Positions 11,781 to 22,477 of a stretch of 64,000 nucleotides of DNA are shown here, piece after piece. The notes under the pieces were generated by a model. That model had not been told where the DNA came from. It did no database searches and saw nothing but the letters and a program-made list of their open reading frames with translations. The position numbers were made by a program, and so were the translations under genes. The number at the start of each line of letters is the position of its first letter. The first letter of the stretch is position 1. This stretch comes from a cyanobacterium endosymbiont of Rhopalodia gibba (GTDB taxonomy: Bacteria; Cyanobacteriota; Cyanobacteriia; Cyanobacteriales; Microcystaceae): contig CP067995.1 in the NCBI GenBank assembly GCA_045159875.1, forward strand, positions 1,120,001 to 1,184,000, read 5' to 3'.

Positions 11781-12721
11781 TTATGGGTGGATATTCATTT
11801 GTCTTAGAAGTAACAAAACTTCTCAATGTCTGCAGAATTCCTAGCTAGGTGGCATTTTCAGTATATTTGTAAGTAGGCGGACCTAAATAAATATAAATCC
11901 ACAAAAGAAAGAATATTTTCTATGTCTATATTTAGATAATTAGAATTAGATTGATATTGCTCTAGTCGATATTCCCCTCCTATTATATTGAGCCCTGCAC
12001 TATAAGTTAGTAGAAAATATATATACAATTTTTGTATTGTTTAAGTTTAGCTTTAAATAAACTACTTGTATGTACTAATTCAATATCAATAACAATCATC
12101 GTATTTATCCTTTGATCTTTACAGTGTTTATAGTTTTTTTTAGCTTTATCTATGTATTTACCTGAAACTTCTATATTTTTTTAAAAAAAAATACTTTTGA
12201 TTTAATTTAATTAAAACTTTTATTTGGCTTGTATATTTTTATTCTATTTAGTTGAGTTCTTTTTTTTTATGGAATTATTTTCTTGTTTTAACTTTTATAT
12301 GAGTGAAAAAATTTTTATTTTCAATATTAAAAAATACTTTATAATCTTTTTTTTTGGACTTAAGTATTTAGATAGCTATTGACTATTATCAATGGTCTTA
12401 TATGTTTTTTAATTTAAGTTTTTTACTTTACATAAAAATCATCATACTTATGATGCTTAAATAATTTATATATATTTTTGATTTAATTCAATTTAATGAT
12501 GATTTTGAGAATACAATTTTTCTGATTGTTAACCTTTTAAATCAAACATAATAACCTTAATTTAGTACACGATAAAAGCCATTTTAAACTACTTCTCTGT
12601 TTTATGCTTTTTTAAGCCCCCTCAGTTACTGTTAAAGAAAGCCTTAAATTTAGTCTAATAGAATTGGATTTAAACCTATTGTTAGATATAGTCAAAAACA
12701 ATAGTCTTTCAATAAAAGTCC

Positions 12722-13042
12722 ATGAGTCAATATTTTTTGATTGAGTCAAAAAGTCCTTTCGAGTCTACAGAAGTTACATACGATTATCAATTGGCATCTG
12801 ATCTAGCTAAGTCAGGGCACGAAGTGACTTTATTTTTGGTAGAAAATGGTGTACTAGCCACCCGTTCAACTATTATTCCCCTTGAATTAGCCAACCTGAA
12901 TTCTGTTAAAGTCTTGGCAGATAGATTTTCTCTCGAAGAAAGAGGAATTGAGTATTCTGAAGTGAATTCTACGATTCAGATTTCTACCATATCTTCAGTA
13001 GTTGATGCTATGGGACAAGGACAAAAAACCTTGTGGTTATAA
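12722..13042 (+). CDS. DsrE-fold protein, DsrF/TusC-like subunit
   Basis: VTLFLVENGV and ADRFSLEERGI; no cysteine. Confidence 0.75.
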   Translation: MSQYFLIESKSPFESTEVTYDYQLASDLAKSGHEVTLFLVENGVLATRSTIIPLELANLNSVKVLADRFSLEERGIEYSEVNSTIQISTISSVVDAMGQGQKTLWL

Positions 13043-13121
13043 ATCAAATCGAGGATCGGCAGACAACAGCCTATAACTGGAAATTATCTACTGATTATTT
13101 TTTATTAGTAACTGACAAAAA

Positions 13122-13532
13122 ATGAGTACACCAACCCTTACATTTCTCTTGATGGATGCGCCATTTGAACAAGCGAGAACAACCACCGCTTTTCGGCTGA
13201 TGAGTGCAGCCTTAGAAAAAGGCTACAATGTTAATGTTTTTGCCTACGAAGGAGCAGTTTCCTTAGCGTTTTCTCACCAGAAACCTCACGCTAATAGTAT
13301 TCATGGCCGTACCTTTGAGGAAGAAAATCATCCATTAACTAAAGATTGGGTGGCAGCGATGCAAGCAAAAGCAAAAGATAAGGGCTGTCAATTTGATTGG
13401 ATTAATTGTGGCCTTTGTGTTGATGAAAGAGGTGTACAAGAAGCGATCGAAGGATGTCGTCGCGGCGGACCCAAAGATTTTTGGCAATGGGCTACCGAAT
13501 CTGCGTCAACATTAGTTATTGGCACAAGATAA
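13122..13532 (+). CDS. DsrE/TusD/YchN-like protein with CxxCxxxRG motif
   Basis: FLLMDAPF, VFAYEGAV and INCGLCVDERG. Confidence 0.8.
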   Translation: MSTPTLTFLLMDAPFEQARTTTAFRLMSAALEKGYNVNVFAYEGAVSLAFSHQKPHANSIHGRTFEEENHPLTKDWVAAMQAKAKDKGCQFDWINCGLCVDERGVQEAIEGCRRGGPKDFWQWATESASTLVIGTR

Positions 13533-13606
13533 GCTAAAACCTATTAAAAACAAGTTTTAGTAAGGTAAGGAGTAAAAGGATTCTGAATTTTTAAGGAGCA
13601 TCGACT

Positions 13607-13987
13607 ATGAAAGTACTACAAATTATTGAATCAGCTTATCGTTGTATCGTTGAAGAACAAGATGATCCGGCTATTTGGATAGTTCAAGTTTTAAAGACAG
13701 CTGGTGGCGAAGTCGATATTTTGTTACGAGGAAGTGCCGTTAATTATGCTGTTAGTGGCCAAGGGAATGATGGGTTGACCTTAGGTTCTTGGCAACAAAC
13801 TTGTCCAGCCAAAGTTGATCAAGATTTACAACAAGCTCTGGATAGCGGGTTAAAAGTGTATGCAATCGCAGAAGATATTGCCCAAAGAGGTATTCCTGAA
13901 GCAAAATTACTTAGTGGAATTGAAAAATTGTCTCGTCGGGATTTACCTAATTTGTTTGAACAATATCAACAAGTTTGGCGTTGGTGA
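13607..13987 (+). CDS. DsrE-fold protein, DsrH/TusB-like subunit
   Basis: ILLRGSAVNYA and VYAIAEDIAQRGI, C-terminal Trp; AAGGAG RBS upstream. Confidence 0.72.
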   Translation: MKVLQIIESAYRCIVEEQDDPAIWIVQVLKTAGGEVDILLRGSAVNYAVSGQGNDGLTLGSWQQTCPAKVDQDLQQALDSGLKVYAIAEDIAQRGIPEAKLLSGIEKLSRRDLPNLFEQYQQVWRW

Positions 13988-14359
13988 TTAAGTAATTAAC
14001 GCGCGTTTCACGGAGACTACAACTTCTATTTTTCTCTGCCAATGAGCCGAGCTCTTTGTTTTGATAAAATTCACGTAATTAATTAGGGTTTGCTGGAAAA
14101 ATATAAAATCTTTTTTCTTTCCTAAAGACCCTTTTTAGCGACTCCTACACGCATACTCCCAATTTATTAACCAACTTTCTTTATTTTACAATTTAAAGAA
14201 AAATATATGTATGATTACCAGTCATATTTGACGACGGACTAAATCGCTTATACTGTTTTTTAAAACTTGACAAATATTCCTGAAAGTCAAAGCGAGAATG
14301 TGGATGTACTGAATTTTGATTTTTTTTAGAATGAAATCGCTTTATATCGATGGATTGAT

Positions 14360-15574
14360 TCATTCTAATAAATTTAAGATGGTTGTGGGGTTTAGCTTAT
14401 CTTTAAACCAAACAATCTTCGCGGGAATATCTGTGAATTTAACCCCTGCCTTTTCTAGATTCAATCGTTCAGAAATAGCTAGAATTAGATTGTCTACATC
14501 GGAATTTTGTAGCTGATAAAATTTTTTTTGTAAGTATTCTGTCCGCCAATATCCAACAATTTCTAATAAAATATCTCGCCCATCGGGATGTATTAAACGA
14601 AAGTCGGGAATCATTACACTCCCAGGTAAAGGAATTAAATCCACTTCTCTTTCCAGTCGCCATTGGGTTTTCAATTTTGCCCATCGTTTGGCAAAGGACT
14701 CTTCCAACATACTATCATAGGTTTTTCCTTTAGGATAATGACTGACTAAACCACAGCGATCATTTAAACTAAAATGACTAGTTTTAATTTCTCTGGTATA
14801 ACTATCCTTAATTTGTAATTTAGTTTCGAGACTCCATTTACTAACATTGAGTAAAGCCGGAATCATTTTAGCTAATGCTAACCCATAACGGGTACTAGCT
14901 TTAAATAAACTTGTCGGTCCATCTATCATAATGGTAAACCCCGTATCTGCATCTCCTTCGATATAAGCCATTAATTGAAACAATTTAAGATAACGAAACA
15001 GCAATTTATATTCTCCTGGATCATTGCGATGAGCATTAATTCTAATGTGACTAGAACGATAAAAAATTCCTTGAACTTGTGATAAATTGTAACGATGGAT
15101 TAATTCTTCTGAAGTAGGAGACTCAAAATCAATTAAAATACGATTTTCTTGTAAATCTGCATAAAGTCCTCGTTCAATTTCACTCGGCAAGATTTCTCTA
15201 CTTAATTCCTCACTCAACAAACTGGCAATGTTGTCTAACAGATAAGAACGGTTAGCGGGAATAGGAAGAGATTCTGCGGCGTGACTAAATACCCGTTGTC
15301 GTAGTTGTTGGGGTTCGATGGGACTGACAATTTCAAAAGTTGAAAAGTTATTTTTTAACAGATGGGCTAACCCTCGTTTAACCCGATAATTTAAATTATC
15401 TCCTTCTAGTTCTAGAAGCTTTTGATTTAGTTGTTCTTGAGTACTCCCTAGATTATTTTGAAAACAATCAATTTGTTCAGAAGCCAGGGTGAGTGCGTTA
15501 CGATCTAAAGGTAGTTTTTTAGGAGCTATAGACTCGCCACTGTAACGGTAAATTAATAAATCAGAAGGCAACAT
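14360..15574 (-). CDS. DUF790 family protein (Bax1-like PD-(D/E)xK nuclease)
   Basis: HRYNLSQVQG, IDGPTSLF...RYG, YDSMLEESF and IPDF...LEIVGYW. Confidence 0.9.
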   Translation of the reverse strand: MLPSDLLIYRYSGESIAPKKLPLDRNALTLASEQIDCFQNNLGSTQEQLNQKLLELEGDNLNYRVKRGLAHLLKNNFSTFEIVSPIEPQQLRQRVFSHAAESLPIPANRSYLLDNIASLLSEELSREILPSEIERGLYADLQENRILIDFESPTSEELIHRYNLSQVQGIFYRSSHIRINAHRNDPGEYKLLFRYLKLFQLMAYIEGDADTGFTIMIDGPTSLFKASTRYGLALAKMIPALLNVSKWSLETKLQIKDSYTREIKTSHFSLNDRCGLVSHYPKGKTYDSMLEESFAKRWAKLKTQWRLEREVDLIPLPGSVMIPDFRLIHPDGRDILLEIVGYWRTEYLQKKFYQLQNSDVDNLILAISERLNLEKAGVKFTDIPAKIVWFKDKLNPTTILNLLE

Positions 15575-15798
15575 AATATTTGATAGGTGTTTGATATATG
15601 TTTAATGACAACATATTATTTTTGTGTGGTCATTGATAAATCAATCATAGATTAACTGTCAATTACTTGAAACTTCAATAAAACCTACACTAGTAAACAT
15701 CCCCTATCGACCTCTAGAGTAGCGCTCCGATAGTTATTCTGGTTGATATCGGCAGGGAAGTCTATTGTAGACTAGATAGGGAAGTGTTAATTTAGTTA

Positions 15799-16150
15799 TG
15801 AAAAAACCCTCGAATGATACTCTAATAACTATTAGATTTGGTTAAATGCGGTATGAGGTTAGAAAAATACGGATACTATGGAAGGGCTGTTGTCAGCTAC
15901 CAAAAGGTTCAACTGAAGAATTACTGGGGATGGTGCGCTCATGAATGTGTTTATTTTTAAATAAAAAAATAAAGCTCCCAATTGCTTTAATCAACCTCTC
16001 AAACATTGTCCTGACGATTATTGAAAACAGTATCGTACGAAAAGCTTTAGAGATTAAACCTGATGATTATTGGGCATGGTGTTATCAAGGATAAATTTGA
16101 CAACAATTAATTATACCGTCTCTATGAAGAGATTAACTTTTATCAAAAAG
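15799..16150 (+). pseudogene. Decayed tetratricopeptide-repeat protein
   Basis: SYEKALEIKPDDYWAWCYQG and GRAVVSYQK fragments broken by stops and frameshifts. Confidence 0.7.
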
Positions 16151-16441
16151 ATATGAATACTGCACTAAAAAGTTACTCTATTCAATAGTAACAATTAGGT
16201 TATCAAGTAGAACTAAATCTCTAACATAAGTCTATTATTTACAGAGAATAAGTTATCAATTTTTATCCATAAATTTATATTTAATTAGATAAAAATAATA
16301 CTATTATTTCTCATTTTTATAAAATTCTAAGATAACTAATTTAGTTAAAAATTAACTGACTATCAATGAAATATATACTTCTGTTTATGCTCTCCATCTT
16401 TTTTTTTGAATTTAGTTTACATCGAATAAAAAATTATTAAA

Positions 16442-17291
16442 ATGAGTTCTGTAGTTTCTAAAAAAATAGCCTATTTTTATGAAAATTATAATAACCTGTC
16501 ATAACAAGTTTGCGGTAAACGTATGTATCATGGTCATTATGATAAAATAGGTAACTATAAAATTAATAGTTGTCAAGCCTAGATAGACTTGATTAAAAAA
16601 TTACTTAATTTGTGTCAGTGTCGAAACAGCAGAAAACCTAATTGATGTTGATTATAGAATGGGGAAAAGCGCTTTCTATTTTATTTCAAAAATTAAAGGC
16701 AATCGGGATCAAAAAACCCTATCTTCTGTGCAAGCTGCTAGAGCTGACAAAAATAAAAAAAATGTTTTTACAGAAAATAGTTGATTTTTAGGTAGCTGAT
16801 GTTTTGAATAGTCCTTGTTTAGATGATAATTTTTACCTAGTAAAGTTCCTTAAAAGTGGCAAACATGTACCATATAAAACTAAATTTGTTGAGAAATGTT
16901 ATAGAGGTTTTAAACTAGGAGTGATTTTAATGTTAGCAACTTGGGGTCATCGTCCTATTAATTCTCTGGCAGGTGAGTTAACTTCAAATAAAAACCAACA
17001 CTTAGCATAAATTTCTTGGTGTTATTATTTATAATATGTTATTTCTTTACCAGAAGACAAAAAAATTACTAAGTGAATTTAAAGTAATTAAATCTGAATG
17101 ATTGCTGGATTTCTGTTGCTTTTTTATGGGATATAATCATCTACTCTGCTTTTTATATTTAAGCAATTACCTAATTTTTGCAAAGTGCCTGGACTACTAT
17201 AGAAGAGGCATCATCTTTAAGGTTAATGAGTCTTGGATATGAACGAGGTTAAATTCGTTTATGGTCACTTTGTTGTCGTAAATATCAATAG
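16442..17291 (+). pseudogene. vte4: Gamma-tocopherol methyltransferase pseudogene
   Basis: Colinear fragments KIAYFYE..LS*QVCGKRMYHGHY, QA*IDLIKKLL, SGKHVPYKTKFVEKCYRGFKLG..LATWGHRP and LMSLGYERG*IR match the g-TMT consensus. Confidence 0.88.
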
Positions 17292-19308
17292 TAAAATAAT
17301 TCTTATTAATATAAATTTTCTTAAAAAAGAAAATTTTAAATATTTTCAGAAAACAATTACAAGAAATAAAATTAATTTTTTTAACCCTTGACATTGGGTT
17401 GCAACTAAAGAGAGTGTGTTAGCCTTTTATTAAAACGATTTAAATATTATTGATTGACTTATTGATGAGGCTTTTGTAATTTTTACTTTTAATCAAAACT
17501 GTTAAAGAGTTGTTAAAAAGTATTTTTTTCTAGAAAAAATACAGAACAAGCATGTTTTAGATTTAAAAATAACCCTCCTGGGTTAAGAATTAGATGAATT
17601 TTTTTTACGATAATTGGGTTAATAATTAATAGCTAATTTTAAAATAATTACATAAATAAAAATTGTTATTTAAGGTTTTTTAGCTAACTTATTTAGCTAA
17701 AAAACCTTTCACTAAAGCTAATCCTAAATATTTAATTATTTTCTTGATTAGATTTAAATTTTATATGCTAGGCTAAAAAAACTTTTTTTTCTATTAGAGA
17801 AAAATTGATAAATTTTTTGTTTTTTTAAAATAAACCACCTGATAATTTTTGATTGAGTTAAATGAATAATCATTAAGATTACATCAGGTATTTATTGTTT
17901 TTAAGCAAAAATATCTTTATCTGTTATAGGATTGTTAATTAGATATAAATCGTTGACTATTATTCATGGTAAATTCGGGTTATACTGAATGAATAATGTA
18001 GGACTAATTAGTGGAATATCAAGTAAAGATTTTAAGCTAAAAAGTTTATAAAATATATAATGCCACAATTTTTTTAAAAATTAACTTAGATTTTTTGTTA
18101 AAATTTTCTACTACTTCTTATTTAAAATAGGGATTTTAAAAAAATAAAAAAAATATTTTTACTCTTTTTTATGCATTTCAAATAAGATTTAAATATTAAT
18201 TAGTGAATTTTAATAGTCTTGATACTAGTCTTAATTTCCTAAACAATATTCTTAATCATTAAGTTAATTGGCATATACAAAAAGAACTAGTGACGTTTCA
18301 TACACATAATTTTATTTTTTTTAGAAAAAATATTCTCTTTTATTTAGAACTAACATATTTTTAAGAATTAGTATTTAATTTTTTTATTTACTTGTCAAGG
18401 AGTTTTATTATAGTTATCTAACTTAGCATTAACCTATTTAATACAATGAGGTCTATATTATTACTAATTAGAGGTTTTTACATTAATTTATAGCTTTTTT
18501 ATCCCATTTTGCAAGAGAAATGCTAACTATTTGAGTAGTAATTCATATCTTCTTATTTTTACAATTTTTAGACTCACTCTTTATATATAAATGCACTAAC
18601 ACTACATAACAATTTTATTGTTTATCGATTAAGATGTTTTTAGTAACTGTCAATCGTTTCAATATCTAAGTTTTTTTATCTGTAATTTTTAAACTAAATC
18701 TTTGAGTGCTATTTTTAGTTGTTGTGTACTCACTTCATCATCTTAGCTATATTAAACTATCTAATGTTACTAGTTAAAATTGCTTCAATGATTTTTATCT
18801 CAAATATTTATGGATATGCTCTTTTTCTTTTTAAGAGACTTAACTCTTTTTTAAATTCATTTAAACGTTGATTATGTTTAACTTAACAAATATTAATTCT
18901 GAGATAGATGGACTTTTCTGCCCAAGACAAATCTCTAATAGAGCTGATTATTTTGATGAAGTTTTCTAATTGTTTAATTTTAATATATAAAAGTTATTGT
19001 TATACTTATCTTTCCGATAAGTATAACTATTCCTATCTCATTTTAAATCTAATGATGGGTAATGATGAGTCTTTTAAAATTTAGAATCTTATTGATTAAA
19101 CTGGGTGAAGTATTTAATACTATATGTGTAAGTTGAGTGAAAACTTCAAGCCTAGTGTCATTAAATTTACACACAAAACTTGCTAAAATCTCGTCCATCT
19201 AAATGGATACGATTTTTGATACACCTATTATTGATAATCAGACTATGTCTTGATATTCTTAATTTTTACATACTAAGCTTAGTAAAACTTCAGTTTTTAC
19301 GTTAAATA

Positions 19309-20238
19309 TTAAACTTTTGCTAAAAAACTAGCAGAAGGGACAGAAAATTTCGCGCTCTTTTGAAGCAGATAGTCTAAAAACGTTTGAGCTACCACTGATA
19401 GTTGTTTATCCTCCAAATATGCTACATACCAACGACGTCTAATCGGAAAATGTTCCACATCAAGAATAGTCAGTTCGCTATCCTTTCCCTCAGAAATCAG
19501 AGTATGTTGAGAAAGGATAGAAATCCCTAGATTACCTGCGATTGCGTGTTTAATCGCCTCACTACTTCCTAATTCTAGGCGGACCTCAACGGATAAACCG
19601 TGTTGATAGAACAGTTTTTGTATTGCCTGTCGAGTCCCCAATCCTGATTCAGGCATGATAAAAACTTCGCCATCAAGATTGGTGATAGGAATATTTTGTT
19701 TTCCGGCTAATGGATGGTTTCTAGGAGCAATCACTACTAAATAATTATCAAGAAAAGGTTGAGTTGATAATCCCATGCCATCAGATGGTTCACTTAAAAC
19801 ATACAAATCATCTCGGTTTTCCATCATACATTCCTGGATATCTTGATGATTTGCAACATTTAAAGAGATATCAATGCCGGGATATTGTTGACAAAATGTA
19901 CCTAAAATTCGAGGAATAAAGTATTTTGCTGTGGTAATAACTGACAATCTTAATTGTCCCTGTCGGGTTCCTTTTAAATCCGCTACTTTCATCTCAAAAT
20001 TTTCTAATCTTCCAAAGATCTCTTTACAGGTTTGAAGTAATTCTTTTCCGGCTTCAGTTAGATAGAGACGTTTACCAATTTGTTCAAATAAGGGTATACC
20101 GATGACTTTGGTTAGTTGTTTAATTTGGCTTGACACTGTGGGCTGAGTAATTAATAATTCTTCTGCTGCACGGGTAAAACTCCTGTGACGTGCCATAGTC
20201 TCAAAAACTTTTAGCTGATGTAGGGTGGCTTGAATCAA
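19309..20238 (-). CDS. ndhR: LysR/CbbR-type regulator NdhR (CcmR)
   Basis: QATLHQLKVFE..RHRSFTRAAEEL, PLFEQIGKRLYLTEAG, VITTAKYFIPR and SELTILDVEHFPIRRRWYV closely resemble Synechocystis NdhR. Confidence 0.85.
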   Translation of the reverse strand: MIQATLHQLKVFETMARHRSFTRAAEELLITQPTVSSQIKQLTKVIGIPLFEQIGKRLYLTEAGKELLQTCKEIFGRLENFEMKVADLKGTRQGQLRLSVITTAKYFIPRILGTFCQQYPGIDISLNVANHQDIQECMMENRDDLYVLSEPSDGMGLSTQPFLDNYLVVIAPRNHPLAGKQNIPITNLDGEVFIMPESGLGTRQAIQKLFYQHGLSVEVRLELGSSEAIKHAIAGNLGISILSQHTLISEGKDSELTILDVEHFPIRRRWYVAYLEDKQLSVVAQTFLDYLLQKSAKFSVPSASFLAKV

Positions 20239-20300
20239 TGAGCATTTCCTCTAGTGTGAGATTTTGAGTCTGCTGAAGTATTAAATTACCTACTCAAATC

Positions 20301-20348
20301 ATAGACTAACTTTAATGGTTTTTCAAGTTTAACTTATCTAATTTCTAT
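20301..20348. promoter_or_regulatory. Possible degenerate NdhR autoregulatory operator (ATAG-N8-CTAT-like)
   Basis: ATAG-actaactt-TAAT at 20301 and CTTA-N8-CTAT ending at 20348, 60-110 bp upstream of ndhR. Both sites are imperfect. Confidence 0.3.
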
Positions 20349-20679
20349 GGTAATCATCATTAACTTTTACTCGTGAGAGTGCCGATGGTAACAAATGCCA
20401 CTATCTCTTTTTGAGAAAATCGCTATTTCCTGTTAACCTAAATAAAGTTTTAGCAATAAATACTTACAGTAACATTTTATACATAGAGCTCCTCCAGTTT
20501 GCGAAATCAAGATTTAAGGAAAAGATAAGGTGATTTTTCCTCTAATTTGATGAGTGCTCGCGCTCGTCTCCTGGCAAGGGTTTTTAATTTCATTAAAAGA
20601 CTAGATTGTATTAACTAAAATCAAGAAACGATTCAGAACAGCTGGAGAGAATGATTATTGTTGACTAGTTTAATGAATT

Positions 20680-21400
20680 AATAGTTATGTTAACTTTTTT
20701 CAAGTAAACTTGATGTGATCCACTGACAAGATAAACCCATTTTAATACAGTTCAGCTCATAACTATAGATAGTACAGCCTTTAAACAAACTGACATTAAA
20801 ATTACTATCAAAAAACCAATTAAGATGATTAAAAAGGTTAAAATTCAAAGCTGCTGTCAACCCTTATACATCGTTAAAAGCTACTTATAGAACCACTAAT
20901 AAAAAATAATAACCAGTGTTTAAAACTGAGTTTACTTGTTGAAACAAATGATCATATTGTTGAGAGTTGAAATCCTTAAAAATACTCTCTAAAAATTTAA
21001 TAGTTTTTCTCAAGCTAAATTATGATTAATCACCAACTAAGACACGGCTAGGAAAAAAGTCAACTAATTCTCTTTAACACTAGATTTCTCGACTTAACTC
21101 ACTGATATTTACAGAAACGTGGAATAAAGAATATTTAGTCTGTCAGTAAGAATTAAATAAAATATAAGTATTAAAAATATACTTCCTAATTCTACCAATT
21201 AATAAGTTCCAATTATATGAGTATTTTTTGGAGATACTTCTACAAAATTTTTGCAGAAATATAGGAGAGCATTTTTTAATTTTTTTAGTGCAGGTTGACA
21301 ATTTACATACTTTTTTAAAAGTTTTTAATATAGAGTTGTTTATTTATGTACAACTATTTACATCTATATAAATAAGACTAAAAAATAATATAGTTTACAA
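20680..21400 (-). pseudogene. egtD: L-histidine N-alpha-methyltransferase (ergothioneine synthesis) pseudogene
   Basis: LVELGS, FLESIFKDFNSQQYDHLFQQVNSVLNTGYYF and NDV*GLTAALNFNLFNHLNWFFDSNFNVSLF occur in EgtD order. Confidence 0.8.
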
Positions 21401-21483
21401 CACCTAACTTCCCCCCCTAGTTCATGTAGAAGAGGTTTTCTCAAAGAATAAGGAACTTTTTATCCAGTAAATTTTAGAAGAAC

Positions 21484-21519
21484 TGTAGGGCATATTAGCA
21501 CAGCGCAACACACCCTACA
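21484..21519. repeat. Degenerate cyanobacterial REP-like palindrome
   Basis: tgtagggcatattagcacagcgcaacacaccctaca resembles the GTAGGG...CCCTAC repeat class. Confidence 0.55.
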
Positions 21520-21577
21520 AACTGTTTTAGTTAGTTACGAAAAAAAGCAAAAAATTATCTGAAAAACTGTAGTTTAT

Positions 21578-22129
21578 CTAACGTCCCATACCTATGGCAG
21601 TAGCAATAGTCCAACTATCTATTATTATTAAAAATAAAGTTAATAATAATAAAACTAAATACATCCAAGGTTGAGATAAGGGACGAACATCAGTGGTATC
21701 AATTTCTGTTTTTTCGGTAACAATGTTCACCAAACGGGAAAATCCAGCGATTCGCATCGGCAATAAATACGCTGTTTGAGCATCACGAGAGATAAAATAG
21801 TAAACAAGTCCTCCTTGGCTAGTAGTGCGTAATTTTAAATCTTTAATTTCTGACCAAGGTAAAGACCATCCTTTACAAAGAAAAGAAGGAACCCAACTCG
21901 GATAAGTCACTTTTATAGTATTCTTATCCACAATGACCCGTTCACTTAAGACACCTGCTAAAACTATGAAGCCCATTACGATTCCTGTCCATAACATATA
22001 AGGAGGAACAGAACTGAATGTAACTTCTGCAAGAAAGGGAAGGGGAAGGGTAAGGGAAAAATAAAGACTAACTAAAGTGATACGGATAAGCGGAGAAATA
22101 CGAAAGGTTAACGGAAAGTGGGAAGACAC
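21578..22129 (-). CDS. Conserved cyanobacterial membrane protein
   Basis: FRISPLIRITL, TTSQGGLVYYF and DVRPLSQPWMY; three TM segments. Confidence 0.8.
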   Translation of the reverse strand: MSSHFPLTFRISPLIRITLVSLYFSLTLPLPFLAEVTFSSVPPYMLWTGIVMGFIVLAGVLSERVIVDKNTIKVTYPSWVPSFLCKGWSLPWSEIKDLKLRTTSQGGLVYYFISRDAQTAYLLPMRIAGFSRLVNIVTEKTEIDTTDVRPLSQPWMYLVLLLLTLFLIIIDSWTIATAIGMGR

Positions 22130-22263
22130 GCCAGTATTTTTAAGGACACTATCTCTTAATTCTTAACATTTTTAGCTTTATTTTGCAAAATTGTATATAG
22201 TTTAGTTTGCTGTATTGGGTATGTGCGTGTAGGGAAATTGTCAGGGAATAGTAACGGAGAAAA

Positions 22264-22477
22264 ATGATATTTCTACAACATGCTTCAAGTGGTGACCTGG
22301 TTGAAGTCTTGACGATGAACAATCTTTAGGATCTTTGTCAAAACTAAATTGTGCGAGAATTTTACTGCAGTGAGAAAATACAGGGTTTCAAATTATCACC
22401 TAAATCTGACATTATTTATTTTTCTTTCAGGAGAACCCTTACCCACTTATTGGATGAGTTCTGAGTTTTATCGATAA
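22264..22477 (+). pseudogene. Small conserved cyanobacterial protein (often annotated 'acetyltransferase'), pseudogene
   Basis: MIFLQHASSGDLVEVLTMNNL*DLC...FLSGEPLPTYWM with two stops and a frameshift. Confidence 0.7.

Noticed and set aside
12000..12721. NtcA box upstream of the DsrE triad
   Set aside because: No GTA-N8-TAC found by eye, so nitrogen regulation is not claimed.
16804..17010. 68-aa ORF as an independent gene
   Set aside because: It is an in-frame fragment of the vte4 pseudogene.
17850..18520. Response-regulator fossil (IPDVILM, IDLIVLNRLM)
   Set aside because: Motifs are too short in extremely AT-rich DNA.
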